From assembly GCA_029561555.1 (NCBI GenBank), contig JAKQXH010000080.1, forward strand, positions 1 through 57,118: 57,118 bases of DNA, read 5' to 3'. Both the position numbers and the translations under genes were made by a program. Shown in pieces: positions 27,161-39,100 of this stretch. The notes under the pieces are model-generated. The model was not told where the DNA came from, ran no database searches, and saw only the letters and a program-made list of their open reading frames with translations. Position 1 is the stretch's first letter. The number at the start of each line of letters is the position of its first letter. The DNA is from Candidatus Omnitrophota bacterium. GTDB lineage: Bacteria > Omnitrophota > Omnitrophia > Omnitrophales > Omnitrophaceae.

Positions 27161-30100
27161 TTATGCGGCCCGCAGAATGGCCAAGAATCCCTGAAATTCG
27201 CCCGTCAGCTGGCTGATCCGTTCGGCCAGACTGTCCGTATTGAAACGGAAAAGATCCACTCGCCCCGTTTTCCGGAGCGCCTGATCCATGCCGGGAACCT
27301 TGCTTAATTTTTCGGCATCCCCCGCCAGTCGCGCAAGGGCAAATCCCACGGTATTGCCGTAAAGCCTGAAGTCTTCCCGGGAGATTCCTTCGAGATCTTC
27401 CTCGGCAGGCGTAGCCAATTTGACCGATTGACTGGCAATCAATCCGTTCACGATATCCGGCGAAGCAAGATAAGTGATGTGCGGGGCCAGTTCGGTTTGG
27501 CTCAAAACGGTCTTTCCCGCGCCGCCGAGACTTCTCAGCCTGGGATTCGCGGCAAGACCGTTAAGGAACTTAACCGCCTCGTCCCGAGAAGCAACTTTCG
27601 TCAGCTCAACGCGGCCGAACAAATCCCCGAGTTCCCGTTTCAGGTCCGATTCGAACTTCTCATACCCGGTATCTCCGACGTAAACCACTTCCGCATAGGC
27701 AAGTTTGTTGACGCCCAATTGCACTTTCAAAGCGGAAACGGAAATGTCCTCCGCGGTTGCGGCCAAAACGGCAAATTCGCCCTCGGAACTTTCTTCCCGA
27801 TAGTATGCCGTACGGCCCAATCCCGGATTCAAAGATTCCGCCTGCATCTGAAGCGCGCCCGAAAGTTCGTCCGAGATTCCCGCATCCGGCACCTCTTCGG
27901 CTCCGAAGTAAAGCGCGTGGAAAAACCCGCCGGCTTCACCCGTTTCATGAATCCACCCGGTCAATGTCCTGTTCACGCCGTCCGCCTCAAAAAGGCGCCG
28001 GCCCTGAGCCGACAGAATTCCCATCAGTTGGGCCGCGGCTTCAAATCCCAGACTTTGACCCGAAATATCGTGCCTCTTGTCCAGAGCTTCCATCGCTCTC
28101 ATCGTCCGGAGAACTTCTTCGTCCGGCAGGGAAAGGGCTCCCCATCCGCGCTTCTGCATTTCCCCGGAAAAAGCTTCCCGTGTTGTCTGAACTTTGGCGT
28201 CCGCTTGTCTTAACGCGTCCTGAGATACGCCTTTTGTTCCCTTCAAAGCGTCTCTTTCCTTTAGGGCCGCCTCATACGCGGAAAAGGTCTTCCCCAATTC
28301 GGAAGGCCCGGTTACGCCGAGACTTGCCCCGACCGTCTCCCCGGGCTTAATCAACTCATACATCCCCCGGACCAGAGTATTCACCTGAAACCCGGCCTGC
28401 CGGAAATGTTCAAGCGCCGGATCGGCATTGTCGCCGGTCACGAGATAAAATCTTCCGTCCGGGCGGAGGATTCTGAAAATTTCACGGGCGATCCGTTCGT
28501 AAAAATCTTTCGGATATTTCTCGTAGAAAAGATCGTCCTGCAGAAAATTGGTAATGAACACGACGTCAACCGTTCCGCTTTCGATCATATCGAGATTCCG
28601 CATATCGCCCTGAAGAAGATAAGGCATTACCGTATTCACGGCAACGTCTACCCCCCGGACATAGCTGAACCCGAGTCCGCGCAATGTCCGGACCAGATGC
28701 GCATCCCGGCCGGCTCCGAGATCCAGAATGGTTTTGTCCATCATGCTCAAAAGCGCGTGCATCCGGTCTCCGCTGTATTTCCTCGCCAAATGCGCAAGGA
28801 GAAGCCTGAATTCGGCAACGCTCGGCACCAGCCGCTTAAAAGAAGGCCGGTCCACGTAATCCCGGATCAGTTCAAGGATTCTGTCGTCCACCTGCCGTTC
28901 CATTTCCATGCGAATCAGAGGATAATGATCCAGCAAAGTCATCAACTGCTCCCGGGTAAACACCAAAACATCCAAATCGGTACCCGCAACCACATTGGCC
29001 GTCCGCTCCACGTCCCTCAAAAGGGCAATTTCGCCGAAACTCTCGCCGGGTTGAATGGACGCGATAAAGTGCTGGGCCTCTTCCTCGCCTTTGACCACAT
29101 CGGCCCGGCCGCGCTTCACGATAAAAAATTCCCGCCCGGTCGTTCCTTCGCGGATAACCGTTTCCCCGGCCTTGTATTTTCTTTCGGCGGCTTCCCCGGC
29201 CAGAACGATCAACGCAAAATCGCTCAGGTCCTGGAAGAACTGGCTGGTCTTGGTCGTGTTTTGGCTCCAAGCCTCCAGCGTCTCCAGGTTTTCCCGAAGC
29301 CACTGGACGCGTTCGATGGTTGCCGGACTCCCGAACAGGGCCAGATAAGCCGCCGGCGTCAGGCTGTAAACCTCAAGAGGCTCTTCCGCCACCACCGTCG
29401 CCGTACGCGGTTCCCCGGTCACAATCGACCAGTCCCCGAAATGCGTGCTGGGCCCGAGTTCCGCGACTTTTTTCCCGTCCACATAAACCCCCGCAACCCC
29501 GCTGACGATAAAATAGGCACGCCCCCTGTCTCCTTCGATCTCGGGTCCTTCCGCGCTCAACCCCCTGAATCCGTTGAATGCCATCACGTGGATGCGATGC
29601 CCCTGAATGGTGAGGGTCTGTCCTTTTTGGACCGTTTCGCGGCGGGCAAGACGCTGGAACACATCGTAAAAATCGCCCGATTTATCCTTCATGAGCGCAT
29701 TGGAAGTCAGTACGCCGATTTCATGCAACTGCTGGCGCTCGGTATCCGAGGAAATAAAAGGCGTCGTTTCAAACATTCTGCCCTTAGCCAGACCGAACTT
29801 TTCTTCGACCTTGGAGTCCGGCACATGATACACATTCATACGCTGCCGGACGTCATCCGGCAACTGCGCCAACATCTCAAGCGTGGTGTGAATCGGAGCC
29901 CCTCCCGCTTCATGGTCGATAAAATCGAATTTGGAAGTCCCGTCTTTTTTCACAAACCGGTATTTCTGGGCCCGGCCCTCATTCGGAGTGATTTTTTTCT
30001 CCCGGACCAGCTTGTCGATGAAGGCGGGATCCCATTGTGTGTCCGAAGAATGCGCGTAACGGAACCCGTCATATTCGATGCTGAACCCGTTTGTCGGGAT

Positions 30101-33100
30101 GGAATGAAGATTCCACCAGCTTCTCAAGGTCGCTTCTTTTCCGCTGGGCAATTTTAATTTCAACGGCTTGCCCGGATCGAGCGGGACCCAATCGACGAGC
30201 GCGTGAGGATCCAGTTTTTTATCGATAAATTTCAACAGCAATTCCGCCTTTCTCATGAATTCTTCGTAAACAACCCGGGAAGCGATCAGGCGCACGCGTT
30301 TGCCCATGAGAATTCTTTTCAGCACGCCTCCGTCATGATCCTGATGCGCGTGAGTCAGAAGCACATAGGGGACATCCGCTTCTCCCAATCCCAGCTCTTT
30401 CATGTAATGAAGCCCTTCATGGGAAGGATCCACCCATATTCCCAACCCTTCAAGCCACAAAATCATGCTGGTCGTATCTCCCTGGGGATCAAAGCCGGTG
30501 CTGGTTCCGATCCATGTCCGGGCAAATCCGTCCCGCATCTGCTGAATCTGCGCGGCGGCCTGAGCCGGAACCGGATAATGTTTGGGTTCCGGTAAATCAT
30601 ACCGGACGGGAAGCTGGCCAAGGTCTTTATCGGCCCCGTCTTTCGTTTGGGTCACCTTATAACCGGCAATTTCCCCGTCTTCGGCGCGAACCCTTCTGAT
30701 GTTAATAACCCCCGCCGTCATTTGATTTTCGGCAGGGATAACGACTCTTGCCTGATCGTTCCGTTCCTCGAAAGGAATCATTTCAAGGTATCCCTCGACC
30801 GGAATGATTTTTCCGTCTTTGGAGCGAATCGCATAGTGGTTGTGCATGGCTTTCAGGAAATTCCGGTCTTTCTCCGAAAGCCAGGGGTAAACCGCCGGGT
30901 CGCTTAAATCCGGGCCGAAAAGGGTATGACTGAGATATTCCCTTAAAGCCTCTAGCTGCTCCTTCGTCCCCACCACCTGCGGTTTGGGAACATTCGGATT
31001 GAAAAGACTTCCCTTTACGAACGCGTTGAAATAAATCAAAAACTCCATTTCCCCGTATGCCCGGTTATTCACAAAAAGCTGGGGAGGCAGAACAAAAACA
31101 TACTGTTTTCCGGCGCTGAGATCGCCGAACCCGCGCATCATGTCCTTCAGCGTGTTGGAAACGGCACCCAGGAGAACTTCAACGCCAAGGTCTTCGCTCG
31201 GAACCTTCGGGTAACTTCCCTGACCTAAACTTGCCGCGACTGCAGCCGGCGCGACTTCGACAAAAGCCGCTCCTCCTTTGCTCCGCATCGTCACGATCGA
31301 CTTTAGAGTCCCCAACTTAAAGCCCGGAATGTTATGAACCGCTCTTCCCATCACCTGCAATCGATCGATATAGGGCATATAAAATTCCCTCCCGTTGCCG
31401 GAAAAATCGACGATGTAATACTCGCTGTCTCCCCGGAAAAAAGCAATCCCGACGCAAACCGGAACGGACTCTTCTTCCGTTAAAATAATCAATCTCGGAA
31501 GGGCAAAACTTCCTTTCGCATTGCTCCATCCGATAGATTCCAAACCGGCATTTCTCAGCAGGTCGGAAAACGCCTTTAATTCATTCCCTTCCAGTGAAAG
31601 CAGTTTCTCGCTCCAATTATTTCCGGCGAAGTCTTCTCCCAGGTCGCTTTTCCCGTCCCGTAAAGAAAATCTGTAGGCTTCTCCGCCCAGGCTCTGGCCG
31701 ACAAGAATTTCCGGCACAAAAAAGTCCGCGCCCGCCTCCGCACCGGCCGGTTCGACTGTCAATCGGTATGCGCCAATCCGGCTGGTTAACTCAAGCCGTA
31801 ATTGCCGTCTGACCGGACGCGCGGCCCGAGGAAAGTACACCGCAAAGGTTGTAGCGGCCTCAAACTGACCCATGTTTTGAACATCTGCCCTTTCACCCGT
31901 TTTCCCGTTAACCAAAGCGACGGAAACCCCCCGAAGACTGATCGAAGGATCAAAAACTCTCGCGCTGACCCGTAATGCCTGCCGCCCCACTCTCCAGGCG
32001 GTCAGCTCAATATGATCGCCGACTATTTGGTTCTCACCGCCCACGCCGGGAAACTGAAGTTGAGTGAGCATTGTACCCAGTTCGTTCAAGGCCGCTTCCA
32101 ACTCGTCGCCTTGATCCGCTTCCGTTCCCAGGCTTGACGCCTCGCCAAGAAAAATTTCCGGCTTAGGCTTTGCCGCCAAAAAGTCATCCAGTTTCCCGGC
32201 AAGAACGGGATATTGCCCGCGAAAATCCTCGTCGCCGCTTAACTCTTCATTATTTCTCCAAACCATATCCGTCGCCCGGGCAACCGCCCCGCTGTCCGTT
32301 TCGCTCAATCCTTCCAGATCCTTTCGTTCTCCTTCCTCAAGAACCGAAAGAGCCCGAGCGGCCCTGTCCAAGCGGGCCGAAAGGAAAGCGTCCCCGTAAG
32401 GCCCCATGCTGAAATCAAGAGCCCAATCCGCCACCTTTTGCAAATCGTCCAGATCATACTGAAATACCGCCTGCATCAAAGCGGTCAGCGGATCCGCTTT
32501 GGAGCAGTCCGCGTCCGGGTTGGCGTAATATTCGGTTTGAACCATGAAATAAACTTCCGTGCACCAGTAATCCCAGTAAAGCATCAGATAATTCGCCAGC
32601 GCATACATCGGCAGAGTCAGCTGGGTCAAGTCGACCAATTGATCGATCTGTTTACGGTTGTAACCGACCAACCGGCGGATATGTCCTTTTTCCACAATAT
32701 AGCGAACCCAGTCTTGAAGCCGCAGAGGGATAACTTCCTCGTCAATGGCTTGCGCCACATCGCCCCGGCGCCCTAACTGCACGAATTCATACAGCATTTT
32801 TTTGAGTTGAGAACGGTCCCAGGTGTCCTTCCCGCTCAGTTCGCCCAAAAGTTTGCGGAACCGCTCGTCAATTTCAGTGGGCGTCTCCTCGACCAATCCC
32901 CTCTCCTCCCGGATAACCGCCGGAATCTTGCCGACAAATTCTTCCACCGTCGCTTCATTGATGTTGTTCGCTTCGATAAATTCCTGCGTCTTTTTCATAA
33001 ACACAATCATGTCGCGGACGATTTCGGGATCCGTGATCTGATGCATCTGCTGGACCCGATCCAGCAAAATTTTGAATTCCCCCGTCAAGATCGGCAGATA

Positions 33101-36100
33101 CGCATAAAACACGTCCGATGACCCGCCGGCCATAAAACGATTCGCCAAAGGCAACGCCTGCCCCATCAGATTCATCAATTCCTCAAACTGGCGCGGAATA
33201 ATCCTGAAAAGGACGCCCCAGTCCTCTTTTAAAAGATGCTCAACCCATTCGTCCGCCGAATTAGGAAGCCTCTCGGGTTCCATGATGCGGATCCCGTCCC
33301 GTTCGACTTTCACGGCTTCCCTTAAAATTTCGGTGATCCGGTCTTTGGAAAGATTCGGCGCGTTCAGCTGACTGAGAAAATACTGCGCCAGATCCCGTGT
33401 TTCCTCAAAAAGAGTCCCGCCCAGATATTGACCGACTTCCTGCGCGAACATGTCCGCATCCACCTTATGATCCATCCCAAGCGGCAGGCTGGCGGCCCCG
33501 TAAACATGGGCATCCGTCACATAGTGATAGGCTAAAGTTTTTCTTTCATCATAAACGCTTCCTTTTTCCGCCGCGGCAATCAGGATGTCCGCGTAAACAT
33601 GCCGCCCGTCAATCAGGGCTTCTTTTGCACGCAAAAACTCGGTGATTTTTGCCTGTTCGTCCGTCCTCAGCGCCCGGAAACGGACCAGGTCTCTCAGAAT
33701 CGCCACATATTCCACGGTACCGGACTCCTTGGCCTGCCGCTTTGCGGGATCCGTGATATCCCTCTGGGCAGATTGATTCAACGTGTATTTCAGGCGGTAA
33801 CGGTCGATGTGATGCGGAAGCAATTGATTCGCAAGGAAAAGTTCAATGGCCTCGACATCGGGATAATCAAAAATTCTCCAGTTGATCTCAATAACATTGT
33901 CCTGGCGTTTGGATCGTCCCATCACATCAAGATCGTTTGTAAAACGGATCAGCCGAGTCGCAAAAATCCTCTTGGCGTCGCCGTTCTGCGCTTCAACTGC
34001 CCTCAAGAAAGCCTCGGCTCTCTCGGTGCCGACAAAACCAGCCAATTGTTCCTGGACCTGCGTAAAAAGCCCTTCTAAGTCTTCGAGCTCTTCCGCCGGT
34101 TTTGGGAGAAACCCTTCCGCGCCGGCTTCCGGCCCCGCAAGTTGGAGATGTCCCTTTTCCCCTCCTAAGCTCGCGGCCTGCGCCAGTTTCCGGACCCAGG
34201 CTTCTTTCACGCCTCCGGAGCCCTCGATTCTTTGCCCTTCAGGCGTTTGCCTCCAAGCTTCTTCGATCCGTTCTCCCGTCAAAAGCGCGGCGTTCGGATT
34301 GTCGGAGGTGAAAAACCACGCGCCCGTTTTATCCATTTTTTTCGCGCCCAATTCGGTCGCGATCAGAACCGTCCGCGGCGCAAGATACAACGCGCTCGGC
34401 GTGAACGGAGGGTTCGGTCTGCCGGGAAAAGAGTCCGCGGCACTTTCGAGTTTATGCGTTTGATCCCCCACCATAACAATGTTCACCGTGTCCGGATTCA
34501 TCGACCGCTCGATCACGTTCCCGGTCTTCTGTGTCATGGACCACGGCGGAGTGCCGATGCCCGACGGATCGCGTTCGGCCGAAAAATAATTCAGTAACTT
34601 CTGGAATTCCCGGATAAATTCCTCCTCCGATTCAAAGCGGTAATCCCGTTCCAGATAGTTTTGGATATCCTCGAAGCGGTGCGTCATCGAGAAATTCAGG
34701 AGGTCACTCACAAAATTGATCCCGAGTTTTCCCATCAGACGCAAAAATCCCTTGTGAAATTTCATGTCTCCGCCAAAATGGCCGAAGTTCTGCACCTGCG
34801 TCGTCTCGCTGTGCCGCTGCAAACCATCCGCCTGAAGAATCGAAGCCGGATAATCGAAACGCGTGAGCGTGTCGGGGAGATCAAGCATTTTCCGGAGATC
34901 CGTTATAATCTCCCCCATTAAAGCGATCATCCGAAGCTGAGATTCGGTAAACCCGTCATGGCGGCCCGTCCCCAGCCCTCTTAAATTAACCAAAGAGGTT
35001 TCGGGCTCAAGCGCAAATCGCGACATGTTTCTGATAAAACGGTCCTCCGCCTCCCCGTAGGACCCGAACAAAACCGGGGGCGACACAAATCGCCGGTCAA
35101 GCTCTTCTTCCGTCCAATGCGGAAGCGCGTTGCGAAGCAGCATGTATTTCTGCTCGTTCCGGTAGGCGCCGAGTTCATATTTCAAACGATAGGCTTCTTC
35201 GTCGAATTTCTCCCGATCCCAGGGATGAGGTGCCGGCCACCAAAAGTCATCCAACCCCAATTTTTTCAGCACCTCCGGATCCCGCCAGACATAATCGTCC
35301 AATGTATGAACGCCCCGGGCCTTGCCCCACTCGGGATGCTGGTTAAAAACTTCTTTGGCCAGATTCATAAGCCCTAACACTTTGCGAAGAGACTCTGTCG
35401 TCCCGCCCGTCGCGAGTCCGAATGTGAATTCCCTCTGCGCCATTTCCATAAGACGCAAGATGACATACATTGCGGCATAGGTCATCGCATTATCGTCTTC
35501 AACGATAATTTTGATAAACCCCGGCCGGGGATCCAGCACCAGAGCCAGAAGCTTTTCTTCGTTGATGTATTCAAGTCCTTTGCCCTTCGGAACCAACAGG
35601 CCCGTTGCGCGATACCCCTTGCCGTTGAAGCGATAGACTTTCTCATGAGTCGGATTCATGATCAGGCGCTTCGCGTCCGGGAATTCCTTCCGCACATTGG
35701 CCGGAAGAATCAATCCCGACGTCGCCGCGCTTCCCAAACTGCCGGCGTCAACCAGCCGGACTGCGTTGTCCCAACTTGCGGGAGTGTCTTCGGCTCCTTG
35801 ATATGGTTTTCCGGTTCTTTGCTCTTCGCTTGATCTCACAAAAGCGATTTGCATCGACATTAAAATATCCCGATACAAAGCCCTGAAAGCTTCGATCACA
35901 TCATTGATTAATTGATTGCGCTGTTCATTGCCGGGATTCCCGAAAACATTGAATATCGCGTTCAAAGCCAGAAAAGACTCTTTTAATTTCGGCAAATATC
36001 TTTCGACCACTTTCCCGTCAAAGCCTTTCTCCGTTTTAAAGCGTTCGAGCACGGAAATAATCACCCTTTGTTCTGCGATTTCTTCACCCAGAGTCGCTTC

Positions 36101-39100
36101 TTCTGACGTCAATATTTGGGCCATCGCTTCCACTGTCATCCGAACTCTCTCCGGAAGTCGGGCTTTCGCTTCCTCCCAGGAAAGTCTTGCCCCCAGGCTT
36201 GAAGCAGATTCGGTTTTAGCGGCCTGCAAGATTTCCCGAAGTTGCCGCCGATCCGACATTAACGCTTTAACTGCCCCGGTAATTTGCTCGCCCGTTACGG
36301 ATTCCGTGAGATCTTTTCTCTCCGCAACCGCACCGGAAACTTTCACCTGAAACGCTTCCGCCCCCATTTCTTCAATGGTGGTCGTCAGCAATGCGCCGGT
36401 CAGAAAATTGAGCCCTATTTCGCGGCGGCCAAACATCCTCTCCTCTAGCCCTTCACTCGCGGCCCGTTCTTTCACGGCCTTCGCGATCTCCTGCGCCGCT
36501 GCCGTTTTCAAATTTACATTGCCCAAAGACGACGCCGCTGCTTTTCTGAAAGCGTCCCGGAGCATCGCCCGGTTTCCCGCGTTGTCCACAAGACGCATGA
36601 AAACACCCTGGCCGCCCTGCTCCGCTCTTAAATCCGTCAGCGCCTGATAAGACGCCTCCGCAAAATAATCCCTCACCAAATTCGGGCTCACACGATCAAG
36701 ATACCCCTTGGCAAATCCGATCGCGGGCTTTCCCGGAATCGGATCTTCCGAGACAAAGGAAATAATGAACGGCATGTATTTCTGAGGTTGCGCGAGGACC
36801 TGCTGGTAGCTGATATGCTGATCCCCCGTCCCCTGCATGACCCACTCGATGCCCATGGCGATCAATGCGTCCCGCAAGTCAATGAATTTCCCCCCCTCTA
36901 AATAAATGAAGGGCACCAGTTTTCTTCCGCTTGCACGCGCGGTATCCATTGCCGTTCGGATCAAAAGGGTCAAAACAGCCGACGCATTTTGCGCATTGAT
37001 TTTAGGCATGGAAAGAGTCGCGATTTCCGGGACATTGCTCAAAATATGATGCCCCTGAGCCAAAGACAAAACCTCCCCCAAAGCATTTTGAACCGCTTCC
37101 GGATCGGTTTGGGCCGCCTCTTGCAGGGCCTTCAGGCGTTTCTCCAGAAGTCCTTTTCCCAGCTCCACGTAAGGCTGCCGGACATAAAGATTCTGCTGGA
37201 GAATCTTGGTTGCGTCCTTATCCAGATTGCCAACATCAACGTCTTCCACTCTCAGGCCCGCTTTTTCTATCGCGCGCGCGATCAGGCGATTGCCGACCGT
37301 GGCCGTCATACCGTAAAAAATCGTGTTGAGTTCCGCAAACGCTTCGGCTAACGCCTGCTTGTCCCGGGTTTGAAGATCCGGGAGGCGGAAATAATAGGTC
37401 GGATAATCCGCCTCGGAAATCATGCGCGATGAGAGATTGATCACCAACTTATTCTTTGCCCCGCGATAATGTTTTTCCTGGGCATCCCAATCGCTTTGAC
37501 GAATCGCAACGAGATTCGCGAATCCTTCCTGCCAAATGCTTTCGTTAAAATTCTGCTCGATCGATTTTCCAAACCAGAAATACTCGTCGGGAACGACCAG
37601 CGCGATATCCGTGACCTCCCGGTCGAGGACCGCGTTCCCGAGCCTCACGCCCGCATGAATCCCTTCCCGGACCTGCTCGACATTTTCATGCCGCACCCTC
37701 CAATACCGCTCCGCATCCAAATCATGAAACGCGAGAAAGGTCATCATATGGAGGTCTCCCGTCCAGCGCCCTCCCACATTATCGAACATGGCCCCGAACC
37801 CCGGCGCGTCTCCTCCCAATTCCCCGTCCAATCCGGAATTCCGGATAAACGCGGACAAACGGCTCTGTTCCGGACGATCCGTCGTTTCAAAAAACATATT
37901 CCCGAGAACGATTCCGAAAATCTTCCTTACCTGCTCGGGCGTAACGCTTAATCCCCTCGCTTGCGCTTTTTGCGAAATCAACGCAAGCAGACTCGTCGTG
38001 CCGAAACGCTCCTCATCCACTTTAAAAAGGTCTTTTCCCGGCCGTTCTTTCCCGTTAACGAAATTCACTTCATGCAATGTCGCAAGTACGGTATCCGCGA
38101 ATTGTTTCCCGGCGATTCCTTGTTTTTCCGAAATATTTTTCAGGATCGCATAGAAAATATCGGTAAAAATCATCATTGTTTCGTCCGTCGAACCCGATTT
38201 CGAACTGGGAATGACCGCGATTTGGTCCCAATCCGCCCCAATCGCTTTCAACGCCGCTGCGATAGATTCCTCATAATTTTTCCCAAGTTCATATTCGCCG
38301 ATAATCAGGCCCGTTGTTGGGTCAATTACCTGAAAGACATCCGCAATCCCCTGAAAAGGCGTGTGCTGGCCGCCGATTCCCGGTTTGATCACATAACGAA
38401 TGGGTTTTCCGAGTCTTTCGGCGCGCCTTGCAAAAAATTGCTTCATGCCCGTTACGGTATCAAGAAACGCCTGTCTCCCCGTTTCTTTTCCGCCGGCATC
38501 GACCGTAAAATATCCCTGATTTCCTTCGAAGGCAAACGAACCGGCCACGGCCGCCCCTTCCGCAACGCCGTAACCGTCCTGTTCGTATCCGCCCTTCTCA
38601 TAGCGTTTTGCCGTTTCCGCATTTCCATGAGCATCAAGCGGGGTGCTCAATGCTTCGGCAATCATCGCGCCTTTTACGGCTTCCGCGCCAAGACTGGATG
38701 CGGCGGCAACCAAAGCGATCAGTTTTTCCACGTCCGGACGAATTAAAGCAAATCCTCCGGATACCGCGGCGGCGTCCCGGCTCATTTCCAAAAACGGCCT
38801 TAAATTTTCCAAAGCCCTTGCCGCGGCGGCAAAATCCTCCCGCGTCCCTTGCCGTGCAAACGCTTCCACCGAATAGAGGACGCCATCCGTTGTCTGACTG
38901 GCCGTGTCAGAGTTAAAATCCGGACCTTTCATGGTTGCCCGGATCGTTTCGACCCATGTTAAAATTTCTTCTCCGAGGGCCGCGCCGGAAGCCAAAGCAT
39001 AAGCCCGCTGCCGATTTCTCTCCAGCTGATCGACCAGCAATTTAATTTGTCCGGCAGTCGGTTTTTCCCTTAAATCCGTTCTCGCCATCACCGCATCCGT

